This document shows, piece by piece, positions 23,667 to 36,155 of a DNA stretch of 64,000 nucleotides. The stretch's first letter is position 1. Every line of letters starts with the position of its first letter. Both the position numbers and the translations under genes were made by a program. Origin of the DNA: Octopus sinensis (Eukaryota). The stretch is from the NCBI RefSeq assembly GCF_006345805.1, contig NC_042999.1:19964001-20028000 (forward strand), in the 5' to 3' direction. The notes below the pieces were generated by a model. It was not told the DNA's origin and did not search any database. It worked only from the letters and a program-made list of their open reading frames with translations.

Positions 23667-26600
23667 TATCTTTCTATTTATCTACACCTGGTCCATAGAT
23701 GTGCTATCTTCTCTCTCTACTATTTCTATTCCCACTACAATGAACTCTGATCCTCAGGGATGGCTACTTTCCTGCTACATGCTCTCAATCACTTCTTATT
23801 TTCAAACTAACTAATCTCTTCTCCCTTGTTATTGATATTGTGTCATGTAGTCTTTGCTTTATTAAGTTACATGTAAACCTTTCTTCTGTGAATATAAGTC
23901 CTGTGGAATTCCTTGCTTGCACAAGTTTTTCTTGCAACCATTGACTCACAGTTTTTTTAAATTAAACATTACAGCTTTACTGTCATTGGAACTTCGAGGG
24001 GATGCAAAACATCAGACACCCATTTTTTTCCAGAATATTTCCCCCACCTCTCTGTCCATTCCCATGAAAGCTACTCAATTGTCCTAAATCATTTTCTTCA
24101 TCAAGTCACCCTAAACACAATGTTATATAAAAACATAGAAAGAAACCTCTATGAGGTCAATGAAACTTCTAGAAATGTCAGCCAAATTTATCTATCATTG
24201 TAAAAAAAGAAAGGTCACATTAGATCATGTTGTTTGGGATACACAAAATTGAAATAAAAATAAAAAGATTATTTTATCATAAGCCTTCTTAATTAAGGTC
24301 AACTAGTAGCTAAACAATTTTATCATCATTTCACATCTCTTTTCCATGTTGGAATGGCTTGGACAGTTTAAGAGAATTCAGCAAGCTGCAGGGCTATGTT
24401 TATCACCAATATCAGCTTTGGCATGGTTTCTATGGCAGGACATTCTTCCTAAAGCCAACAAATTTACAGCATATACTGCGTACATTTTGTTATATGAATT
24501 AAAATGTCATTCAATTACATCTTCCTTTGCTAACATAATGCAATAGGTGCTTTTAAGGAAACACTGGCAATAATTTTTATACTACAAAAGCTTGACAAAT
24601 TAAAAATTTAAACATCTGAAAGTAATTCAATATAATTTCTGCCATTGTTGTATAGTTCAAAGATCAAATCAAATCAAAGACTTCCAAGCTTTAAATATCC
24701 CACCTAGTTCGACGATTGTTTACTTCAAACTACATTAACCTATATTTCTTCTTGGTATGATGGAGATTTTGGGTGCTTTTTCTAGCAAGTTATGCAACAA
24801 TGTGTGGCTTTCTCATGGTGTTCATTATACTGATATCATATTCAGGGTATTATACTTTTAATCATTGAATTTAATTTTTGTTTTTAAATTCTATAAAATT
24901 CTATAAAATTCTATAAAATCAAGTGCTCTGTATCTGAGATATTTCTCTGGGTTCTCTAAATAGCAATGCGATAAAACACCATATCTTCTACAATTTATAA
25001 AGATGAATTATCTGAAAATATTGACCTTACTGTTCAATAGGAACATATCATTTTGAAGTGTCAGCATTGTTTTCCAAAGGATATAGAAAGAAAAATAGGA
25101 AATATTTTTTTTCCTTTGAAAAGCAGCTGTTGTATCTTTGAGTTCATATGAAAATTGAATAATATTTTTTTTAACATTGTTAAAATTTTGTCTTAATTAT
25201 CATCTCAAATAATTAAAATATTTTACAAGCTTCTTGCTTGTATAAAATTTCTCATTACAAAAAGAAAAAACAAGAAGAAAAGAGAACAAAGAAAAGAGAT
25301 TTGTTTTCTCTTTCGCATTTAACTCTAATCTTTGAAGCTCAAAATTATTTATTTATTTATTCTAATAAATGTGTGTATGGTTGTCAAAACTGAAAGGCCA
25401 CACTCTGATATTTCTAATTTTAAAATCTAATTAAATTTGTAAATAATATTTGTAAAGTGAATAATTATTGTGGAAAATTTGATCATTTATTATAATGCAA
25501 CACTATTGTTTTTTCTTTTTTTTTTTGTTCTTTGGTATTCTGATTGTTGGATTTGCTACAGAAATGTGAAAGCTACAAAAGCCCCATGTATATCAAATGG
25601 AAAGGCAAACAAAATATAGAAAAGAAAATAATAGAAAGTAATGTAACTTGATATTTTTATTGTATATTTTACAATAGATTTGATTCATGGTTTGATATTT
25701 GATCCATCAACACACTCTTATGCATAGAAACTGCAATGAGAGTTGAATGGAGTCCTTTGTCCTTGGGTTTTAAATCTACTTGTTTTCAAAATCATTAATT
25801 TTATGTAATAAATACAAGTTTTATTATCTCTTATTAATTATGTCAGTGGATTGGCAGAACCATTAGAGCATCACAATAAATGATTTGTAGTATGTGTTTC
25901 GGAGTTTTGCACTCTGAGTTCAAATCCTACTATGGTCAACTTTGACTTTCAACTTTGTGGGAATAATAAAATAAATAACCAGTCTGGTAACTGGGGTCCC
26001 TTTAATCAACTAACCCCTCTCCTTAAATTTATAGGATTGTGTCCATTTCAGAAACAATTATTATTTGTAACAACTTTACAGAATTGCGAACACACCAGAC
26101 AAAATGCTTTATGTTTTGTGTTCAAATCCTGCTGAGGTTGACTTTGCCTTTCATGTCATGTGTCATGATTCATGAACTACGAAGTTAAATTTTTTCCCTG
26201 CTAAAAATTATATATTTTCTGTCTTTCAATTATCTATTCATATGTATTGATTAATGGTTTGACTTTAGTAATCTCAAGGCTTAAGTGAGACCCACAATGG
26301 ATTGTTGCGCTCATACCAAGGAAGGTGCTGCTGTTATCATCACCAATCTAATACAAATCCAAGTTGGTACAGAACCAATATACATTCTACAAATTGTTTC
26401 AGAGACTAATTCATTCCAAAGACAAAGACGGAAATCTTTTCATGAAATACAGATTAGATTCCTCATCAATAATTACATACAGGTATGAATGATTATGACC
26501 AACAAATATATGCAAAGACCTTTCGTAGCCCAGATATGAACAAATAAATGAAAGATAACAAGAACACCAGATATTCAATGTCCTTATTTAAACCTAATAA

Positions 26601-27523
26601 TATGGTAAAATTTATTTAAACTTAATAATATGGTAAAATTAAAAGAAAATAAAAATAAAAGAAAAACAAATCTTTTGTTTACAAAATAGCCTTCTACATG
26701 CAAAACAGAACAGCAAAAGAGAGAGAAAGAGAGAGAGTAGTATCAGTGAAGGGAGAGGAGAGAAAAAATAATGCAGTGAAGGAGAGGTGGAGAGAGTAAT
26801 AGCCATGACTGAGAGAGTGAGGGAAAGTAATGACTGTTTGAGAAAGATGAACGCAGAGTGTATCTTCTGTTCTCAACACATGAATGCGAAAGGAAGGGGT
26901 GAATAGAGTAACAGATAGCCATTCAACTCTGTGTGAGTATATGTGTATGCATGTGTAAATGAAAAAGAGCGGTATGTGAATGTGTGCATGTCTGTGTGTG
27001 TGTGTGTATGTCTGTGTGTGTGTGTGGGAATGTGTGAGTGAGTGCGTTCAAAATGGAAACATTTCCATGCATGCATAATGGAAGCGTACAACTCTGAAGA
27101 TAAAAACTGATATCATTCCAAATTTGTTTGAGTAAATGTATGTATGTGTGTGATTGGGAAGTATTTCAATGCTTGTATCTGCGATTTTGTATCTTGTTTA
27201 AATAACAATTAGCCATCAATTAGCCATTAATTATTAACGGCTAATTATATTAAGAAAAGTGTTTCAAATCATTACCATTCCTTTAGGAACAGAAATAAGG
27301 CTCTTACTAGTCTTAATAATTTAATCTGGAATCTTAAAGATAACAGTAAAACGTACTTTATTGAATGGAGCATTTTAAGGGCGGCCCTGGCTTATAGGAT
27401 TGGTAATAGGTTCTGCTCTCTTTGTTCTGAAGAATTATTTTTGCTTCTATTTTCGAGAAGAATACTTCTAAACTCTAAATCTTTATTCTGCGTTCATAAG
27501 AATAAATGCATACTCTTCAACTA

Positions 27524-27925
27524 TTTACTCTTTTACTTGATTCAGCCATTTGACTGTGACCATGCTGGAGCACCGCCTTTAGTTAAGCAAACCGACCCCA
27601 GGTCTTATTCTTTGTAAGCCTAATACTTATTCTATCGGTCTCTTTTGCCAAACAGCTAAGTTACAGGGACATAAACACACCAACATCGGCTGTCAAGCGA
27701 TGTTGGAGGGACAAACACAGGCACACAAACATATACATACACATACATATATACATACATATGACAGGCTTCTTTCAGTTTCCGTCTACCAAATCCACTC
27801 ACAAGGCTTTGGTCGGCCTGAGGCTATAGTAGAAGACACTTGCCCAAGTTGCCACGCAGTGGGACTGAACCCGGAACCATGTGGTTGGTAAACAAGCTAC
27901 TTACTACACAGCCACTCCTACTCCT
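27524..27925 (-). mobile_element. SINE family A
   Basis: Full head-to-tail match to the other copies. Confidence 0.9.
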
Positions 27926-28169
27926 GTTTAAAATTTTAAAATAAAGTTGTCTATTATAAGTGTTTTATTAGATGATTTAGTTGTTTTTGAGAGTTTGATA
28001 ATTTCAGTTTCACCCTTTGATTTTTTACTACTCTAGTTGGTTCCTGTAGTTTCTTTTATTTTTTGTTAATTTAATTTTAAGATATTGTGAGTATTTTAAT
28101 TTTGGTCCATCAGTGTTTCTGAGACTGGATTTTTACATTTAATTCATTTAATTATCTTACTACTAAGTA

Positions 28170-28355
28170 AAGTATATTTGCCACTTGAATGTGGCTAACC
28201 ACTAAGGGTGAATGCTGCTGTAGCTTGTAGTCCCAGGAGAACACCTTCTCCAGCTGGCTGTCAATAGCCAGCTAGAGAAGCTGTTCTCCTGGGGCTACAA
28301 GCTACAGTAGCATTCACCCTTAGTGGTTGGGCACATTTAAGTAGCAAATATACTT
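28170..28355. mobile_element. Near-perfect 186-bp palindrome (MITE-like)
   Basis: aagtatatttgccacttgaatgtg... / ...cacatttaagtagcaaatatactt; centre tggctgtcaatagcca. Confidence 0.8.
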
Positions 28356-28689
28356 CACATTGTCGTGCAGCTACTGTTTATACTTCGTTCAGAGATTTAT
28401 TATATCTTACTACTGTTTTTGTTATTTCTATAATTATTAACTGACCCCGTGCTGTTCATAATTGATGGCTAATTGTTATTTTAACAAGATACAAAATGAA
28501 GTTCAGAACAATCCCAGATACAAGCATTCAAATATTTCCCACTTGCACACTTACATACACACACTCAAACAAATGTGGAATGATATCAGTTTTTATCTTC
28601 AGAGTTGTACATTGAAATAAATAATATATAAAATATCTGAGCTGTCTGCTGCCTTGCTGTACTCAAGAAGACCTATGCCCCATAGCAGG

Positions 28690-29880
28690 AGTGTTAAGAC
28701 ATGTCCCCCCTGCTGGGGAGGATTGACCTGCAAGGGTTCTGTGCCAGTGCCACGTAAGAATCACTCATGGTGGTGTCACATTAAAAGTGCTTATGCAGTG
28801 CTATGTAAAAGCACTTGCACGGTACCACATAGAAGCACCCATATGGTACCATGCAAAAGCACCCATGCGGTATCACATAAAAGCAACCATGTGGTACCAT
28901 GTAAAAGAGCCCATGCAGTGCCACATAAAAGTACTCATGCAGTGCCACACATAAACATCCATGTGGTACCATGTAACAGCACCGGAGCAATGCCACATAA
29001 TGACACCCAGGTGGTACCATGTAAAAGCACCTGTGCTGTGCCACATAATAGCACTCATGTAGTACCATGTAAAAGTACTTGTGCAGTGTCACATATAAGC
29101 ATCCATGAGGTGCCATGTAAAAACACCCGTGCAGTGCCACATAAAGGCACTCATGTAGTACCATGTAAAAGTACCTGTGCAGTGCCACATAAAAGCATCC
29201 ATGAGGTACCATGTAACAGCATCCGAGCAGTGCCACATAATGGCAAATGTGCAGTACCATATAAAAGCACCTGTGTAGTTCCACTTAAAAGCACCCATGT
29301 GGTACCATGTAAAAGCACCCATGCAGTGCCACATAATAGCACCCATGTGGTACCATGTAAAACGACCTGTGTAGTTTCATGTAAAACCACCTGAGTAGTT
29401 CCATGTAAAAGCATCCATGCAGTGCAACATAATAGCACCCTTCCATGTAAAAGCATCCATGTGGTACCATGTAAAAGTACCCATGTGGTACCATATAAAA
29501 AGTACCCATGCATTGTCACATAATAGCACCATGTGATACCATGTAACAGCACCTGTGCAGTGCCACATAATGGAACCCAGGTGGTACCATGTAAAAGCAC
29601 CCATGCAGTGCCACATAACAGCATCCATGTGGTACCATGTAAAATCACCTGTGTAGAGCCATGTAAAAAGCACCCATGCTGTGTCACATAAAAGTACGCA
29701 GTATACTCTGTAAAGTGGTTAATGTTAGGAAGGGTATCCAGCCATTGAAACCATGGCAAACCAGACAACTGGAGTCTGGTGCATCTCTCCAGCTTGCCAA
29801 CTCTGGAGAAACTGTCCAAACCCACGCCAGCATGGACAACAAACGTTCAGTTATATGATGATCATGATGATGACATTGAT
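28690..29880 (+). mobile_element. Family C-like retroposon with an expanded internal minisatellite
   Basis: Ends ...gttaggaagggtatccagcc...cccacgccagcatggacaacaaacgtt...(gat)n like the other C tails. Confidence 0.7.
28745..29697. repeat. 24-bp minisatellite with two alternating monomers (48-bp higher-order unit), roughly 40 units
   Basis: gtggtaccatgtaaaagcacccat alternates with gcagtgccacataa(a/t)agcacccat; 8-aa periodicity in the ORFs. Confidence 0.9.
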
Positions 29881-30382
29881 CATCTAAGTGTAAAAGAAAA
29901 AGACACAGCAGTAAGACTAGAACACCTTTTGTTTTCGTCAACTGAACACCACCTTGACTACAACCTGCTTTTTAAATGGCCAATTTATACCTATTGATTA
30001 CAATATTAGTGATGTAAAATAAAAGCAATTGGAATAAATTTCACAGTCTGACTTGTTTTATTATTTGGAAAAAACTTTATCCAATACACTATATCTGATT
30101 ACTCAAGGGACATTTAATTAGTTTCTCACTGTAATTAATGTATGAATATTAAAATGAAAATGTCATAACATCTTCATATTTTACACCCAATAATCTCCAG
30201 AGACACATAGAATATTCCCATAAATTTTTGTATTCTCCTCATCAGAATTTACAAAAATATGATGCAGTCTTAAGATTGTATGAAATTGAGAAACATGTAC
30301 AGAGTTCGGAATCATACACACTTCATTATCAGGTTTGAAGAAAAGCACAATATTCCTCATACTTAAATCTTAAAATGATCAT

Positions 30383-30790
30383 CACAGGAGGGGCTGTGTG
30401 GTAAGTAGCTTGCTTACCAAACACATGGTTTTGGGTTCAATCCCACTGTGTGGCACCTTGGGCAAGTGTCTTCTACTATAGCATCGGGCCAACCAAAACC
30501 TTGTGAGTAGATTTGGTAGACGGAAACTGAATAAAGCCCATCGTATATATGTATATATATATATGTATGTATATGTATATGTTTGTGTGTCTGTGTTTGT
30601 GCCCCAACATCGCTTGACAATCGATACTGGTATGTTTACGTCCCCGTAACTTAGTGGTTCGGCAAAAGAGACAGATAGAATAAGTACTAGGCTTACAAAG
30701 AATAAGTCCTGGGGTCGATTTGCTCGATCGACTAAAGGTGGTGCTCCAGCTTGGCCACAGTCAAATGACTGAAACAAGTAAAAGAGTAAA
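30383..30790 (+). mobile_element. SINE family A
   Basis: Full copy. Confidence 0.9.
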
Positions 30791-30927
30791 AAAAAGAGAT
30801 CACTTTTAACATCTACATTTCATATTTACATGGGTTGGCAGGGTTTATTCAGGTAGATTTTCTGTGGATGGATACCCTTCCTGTCACAAATCCATATCAG
30901 TTTTCTAGTGGGGTAATATTTCTCTAT

Positions 30928-31580
30928 GGCAAGGTGGCAAGCTGGCAGAAACGTTAGCACACCGGGTGAAATGTGTAGCCGTACTTCGTCTGCCGTTACC
31001 TTCTGAGTTCAAATTCCGCTGAGTTCAACTTTACCTTTCATCCTTTTGGGGTTGATAAATCAAGTACCAGTTACCCACTGGGGTCGATGTAATCGACTTA
31101 ATCCCTTTGTTTGTCCTTGTTTGTCCCCTCTATGTTTAGCCCTCGTGGGCAATAAAGAAATAAGAGATGTTAGCACACCGGGCGAAATGCTTAGCGGTAT
31201 TTCATCTGTCTTTACATTCTGAGTTCAAATTCCATTGAGGTTGAGTTTGCCTTTCATTCTTTCGGGGTCGATAAATTAAGTACCAGTTGCATAGTGGGGT
31301 CAATCTAATTGACTGGCCCATTCACCTGACCTTACTTGTGCTTGTACCACATAAAAAGCACTACTCACCTCGCCTATGCTTGTGTCACAGAAAAAGCACT
31401 AAGTCCACTCTACTGAGTGGGTAGTGTTAGGAAGGGCATCCAGCTGTATAAATCCTGCCAAAATAGTCACAGATGTCCAATGCAGGCTTCATCTTGGCCT
31501 GCTCTTGTGGTACCAGCCCACCCATGCTAGCATAGAACACAGACGTTAAATGATAATGATGATGATGATGACGATGACGA
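30928..31580 (+). mobile_element. Two tandem SINE B copies (30928-31320) then a family C tail (31325-31580)
   Basis: Family motifs. Confidence 0.75.
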
Positions 31581-31974
31581 TACAGGATAGATGAGGAGAT
31601 GTTGTTTATTTTGGTCTGCATCAAGCAATCCATCTAATGTCTTATAAGCTCTGTTAAATGTTTGGCAACAGGAAAGGCATGCTACCATAGAAACTATGTT
31701 GTGAATTGGAAGATAGGGTTGTGGTCTCTACAAGCTTTATTACCGACTGATCATCTAAGATTTCATCAGCAATGAGTAAGGAAAGGTACGGATTACGTGG
31801 GCAAAAATTTCTCTATCCAACAAATGCCGGATAAATGGATAACAGTGGTGGTGGTGGTGGTGGTAGCAATGATGAATGTAGCGGTAGCGAGGATGATGGT
31901 TTCGATGATAGTGATTGAATGGAAACGAAAATGATGACTCTATTGTCACTGCCAATGAGAGTGACAATCATGAA

Positions 31975-32150
31975 GATGACCAAGATGATCATCATCATCA
32001 TCCTCATAATGATGATGATGATAACAATAATGATGATGACGATGATGATGATGATGATGATGATGACGACGACGACGACGACGATGATGATGATGATGAT
32101 GATGACGATGATAACAATGATGCTAATGATGATGATGATGATGAACGATG

Positions 32151-32186
<36 letters not shown>

Positions 32187-32316
32187 CGATGATGATGATA
32201 GCGATGATGATGATGATGATGACTACGACGACAATGATGATGATAATAACAATGATGCAAATGATAGCGATGATGATGATGACGATGATGATAATGACAA
32301 TGACGACGATGATGAC

Positions 32317-32348
<32 letters not shown>

Positions 32349-32372
32349 CGAATGATGTTGTTGATGATGAGG
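31975..32372. repeat. (GAT)n/(GAC)n trinucleotide microsatellite
   Basis: Visible directly; source of the poly-Asp and poly-Met ORFs. Confidence 0.95.
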
Positions 32373-33152
32373 TCATATATCGTATGCATCAACATGGATG
32401 CTTTCGAACTTGAAAAGTTGTGGGTTTCATGTCACAGAGACAATATGCATGTAGGAATTGTTGCACCAAGAATTCGAATAGAAACATCCATCTCGAAATT
32501 TATTCTATCCTTAGCAAAAATGGATGCAAAACTCCATCTTTGTATTTTTATTATTTCTTAATCTGCAAGTTGTCTTGCTTCCAAAATACTTTACATATGA
32601 TCTGAGAATGATAGATATTTTTTGGTGCAGATTTAAGATTACATGCACATACAGAAATACATGTATGAGAAGAAGGAAGAGAAAGGGGTTGAGAGAGAAA
32701 GTACAGCAGTTCTCTTCAAAGACATGTTCAGAAAAGGGGAAAAAAAGAGAGATTTGTTCCATATTTTTTTAATTTTTTATTTATGTACGTTTTCTGTTAC
32801 TAATCCTAAAAATTATTTTACCATCCTCTCAGCTAAAAATGCATCTTAAACAAAAATAGCAGCTTGGATAAACTTACATGTGCATGCTGTGATGTCATGT
32901 CACACAGCATACCGAGAATATGAATATATGCATAGATGAAAGAAAATTTCACCAAATTCTTTGTGGCATTTTTTCTTGTTTTTTTTTTTGTTTTTTTTTT
33001 CTAAAAAAGGAAGAATTTTGAAATAGGTGAAAGTGCAGTGGCACAGTTGTTAATGTACAGTCTCTTGTCCAATGGTTTCACTAAAAGTCATATAAGAATT
33101 ATTACGCATAATTTCTTTGAATTTTGCTTACTTGTTTAAAATTATGCAATAA

Positions 33153-33635
33153 GGCACAGGAGTTACTCTGTGGTAAGTAGCTAGGCACAGGAGTGGCTGT
33201 ACGGTAAGTAGCTAGGCACAGGAGTGGCTGTGTGGTAAGTAGCTTGCTTAACAACCACATGGTTCCGGGTTCAGCTCCACTGTGTGGCACCTTGGGCAAG
33301 TGTCTTCTACTATAGCCTCGGGCTGACCAAAGCCTTGTGAGTGGATTTGGTAGACGGAAACTGAAAGAAGCCCGTCGTATATATATATATATATATATAT
33401 GCTTGTGTGTGTGTGTGTGTCTATGTATATGTTTGTGTGTCTGTGCTTGTCCCCACAACATTGCTTGATAACCGATGCTGGTGTGTTTACGTCCCCATCA
33501 CTAAGCGGTTCAGTAAGAGTGACAAATAGAATAAGTACTAGACTTACAAAGAATAAGTCCTGAGGTCGATGTGTTCGACCAAAGGCGGTGCTCCAGCATG
33601 GCCGCAGTCAAATGACTGAAACAAGTAAAAGAGTA
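33153..33635 (+). mobile_element. SINE family A with a triplicated 31-bp 5' end
   Basis: ggcacaggag...ggtaagtagct starts at 33153, 33184 and 33215. Confidence 0.9.
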
Positions 33636-33659
33636 TTGGAAGTATATTTAATTAACAAG

Positions 33660-33900
33660 GATGCATAGCCTAATGCTTAGGGTATCACACTTATAAACGT
33701 CAGATCATGGTTTCAATTCCTAGACGAGGTGATGCATTGTGTACTTAAGCAAAACACTTCATCTCACATTGCTCTGCAATCACTTTGACACCTGATGCAT
33801 GATACACCATTCACCTGTTCAGATAACATCGATATGATGGAGAATGGGAGTTAAAGTACAGTGCATACATTTAATCACAAAAAGCAAATCATTTGAGAAG
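33660..33900 (+). mobile_element. Older tRNA/CORE-like SINE (related copy on the minus strand at about 50885-51150)
   Basis: atagcctaatgcttagggt...gtttcaattcc...tgtacttaagcaaaacacttcat. Confidence 0.5.
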
Positions 33901-34044
33901 ATTGTTCCATGAGAGCTGAACACGCGTATGTCATGTTCAATGGGAGAATTCATCAATCAATTAATGTATTAATTTATATTTTTACTGTATTTAATTATTG
34001 CATATGGCCCTGCTGGAGCTCTGTTTTCAAAAATATAAATTATC

Positions 34045-34199
34045 TTACATTTTTTACATTATTCACATTATTTACGTTTGACGGATATTTGTCCTCATCT
34101 TGTTCGTTAACACGTTTCAGCTGTTATACCCTCCAGCCTTCATCAGGTGTCTTGGGGAAATTTCGAACCTGGGTTCTCATTCCTAAGGTATTTTTTTAT

Positions 34200-34200
<1 letters not shown>
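34045..34200 (-). mobile_element. Family D body, divergently paired with 34528-34810
   Basis: Minus strand ccccaagacacCTGATGAaggctggagggtataacagctGAAACgtgttaac (3-nt deletion after GAAAC). Confidence 0.85.
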
Positions 34201-34410
<210 letters not shown>

Positions 34411-34527
34411 GGACACAACAACCTCCTAAGCAGACCGAGTGCATATATGAATAGCATATGGGAACCGGTATTAAGGAAGGACAGGAAAATATTAGATTTA
34501 TGAGCCCTAAAATTCACTCCCATAATT

Positions 34528-34603
34528 GCGCAAGAGCATATGGCGTATTGGTTAAGGGACGGGCTACTAACCCCAAGATTTCAAGTTCGATTCCAGGCAG
34601 TAA

Positions 34604-34663
<60 letters not shown>

Positions 34664-34810
34664 CAACATCAAAAAATACCTTAGGAATGAGAACCCAGGT
34701 TCGAAATTTCCCCAAGACACCTGATGAAGGCTGGAGGGTATATCAGCTGAAACGTTGTGTCAACAACAAACAAGTAAAGGACAAATATCCGTCAAATGCA
34801 AATGATGATG
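34528..34810 (+). mobile_element. Family D: tRNA-like head, (AAT)n, body with the best-preserved HHR
   Basis: A box 34541-34551, B box 34585-34593, (AAT)n, HHR 34716-34761. Confidence 0.85.
34716..34761 (+). ncRNA. Minimal type-I hammerhead ribozyme (dimer-type)
   Basis: Stem I gacac(34716-20)/gtgtc(34757-61); core CTGATGA 34721-27 plus extra A; stem II ggctg/cagct; GAAAC 34749-53; GTT cleavage triplet inside palindrome AACGTT. Confidence 0.7.
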
Positions 34811-35092
34811 ATGACGAGGATATGAATGCACAGGTACTCCTGGATACTTTCTGGAATTACAGTCAATAGCAGTTTGTCAGTACCTTTGACAACTTCATGT
34901 GCTGAGTCTTGTGGAAGGAAAGGAGAAGGTTATCCTCTAACTTGAGAGCTAGCCAAATACTTGCTTGAAAGTAGACCCTGCTAACAATAACCAAAAGCCT
35001 ACCAAATGGCAGTATTAAACTGAGTGACAGATATACACTTAGTATAAGAAGTTGGAATGTCTGGGCAAAATATTTAAGGAAAGTAACACATC

Positions 35093-35489
35093 CTCTTTTA
35101 CTTGTTTCAGTCATTTGACTGTGGCCATGCTGGAACACTGCCTTTAGTCGAGCAAATCGACCCCAGCACTTATTCTTTGTAAGCCTAGTACTTATTCTAA
35201 CGGTCTATAAGTTACAGGGATGTAAACATACCAGTATCAGTTCTCAAGTGATGTCGGGGGGACAAACACAGAAACACAAACATATACACACACATACATA
35301 TATATATTTATATATACATATATATGACAGGCTTCTTTCAGTTTCAGTCTACCAGATTCACTCACAAGGCTTTGGTCGGCCCGAGGCCATAGTAGAAGAC
35401 ACTTGCCCAAGGTGCCATGCAGTGGGACTGAACCCAGAACCATGTGGTTCGTAAGCAAGCTACTTATCACACAGCCACTCCTACGCCTA
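35093..35489 (-). mobile_element. SINE family A
   Basis: Full copy. Confidence 0.9.
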
Positions 35490-35520
35490 TAAGAATATAC
35501 AATAAAACGAATGTGGCTTA

Positions 35521-35607
35521 CGCCCGCAGAGGGACTCGAACGCGTGACCCTCAGATTACTTCTAAGGTTGACCTATAAAAGTCTGATGCTCTACCGACTG
35601 AGCTATC
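35521..35607 (-). pseudogene. tRNA-Lys(TTT) pseudogene with a 19-nt intron at position 37/38
   Basis: Minus strand GATAGCTCAGTCGGTAGAGCATCAGACTTTTA-[TAGGTCAACCTTAGAAGTA]-ATCTGAGGGTC...TTCGAGTCCCTCTGCGGGCG; first 5 acceptor-stem nt missing and T-stem mispaired. Confidence 0.85.
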
Positions 35608-36155
35608 AAATTAATCAAAATAATGTCACTTTTGAGTCTGGCATGTCTAAATTGTTTTGTCTGCAGTCATATTGCAAATGTTTCACATACCGCCATAGAC
35701 TAAAATCTTACAAACTTATCGACGAACTTCCTACCTTTGATAAGCCTAAACTTCAAAATACATAAATGTCAGAATTTATTTAATAGATCATAATAAACAC
35801 CAACTACAGGTATTTAAATGATATATATTTCTGAAGCCTTTACCATAACTAAAGTTTCTAAAATACTTACACCTTGACATACACAAATCCAACTACAGAA
35901 ATGTACTAAATACATTATTAAATGCAAAATGACTTTTGAAGATGCTAATATATGAAGATACAGTAAAACTAGTAGATGATGGTATTTGAGTCAATATGAT
36001 GTGTTTTATACAGTCAGAGCAAAATATCTGAAACTGATTTAAGTACTTGACTGATGTGTTTGTTATGTAATGATAATCATGCTATACGAGGTGGTATCAG
36101 AAGGCCTTCAGACTAGTTATGTTTAATAAAAAAAATAACTTATTTACCGAATACA

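Noticed and set aside
28654-29825. Long repetitive ORFs (246 aa plus, 224 aa minus) as real genes
   Set aside because: Read-through of a 24-bp minisatellite inside a retroposon; several frames are open on both strands
31915-32355. 146-aa poly-Asp ORF resembling acidic molluscan biomineralisation proteins
   Set aside because: It is a (GAT/GAC)n microsatellite open in several frames on both strands, with no signal peptide or splice context
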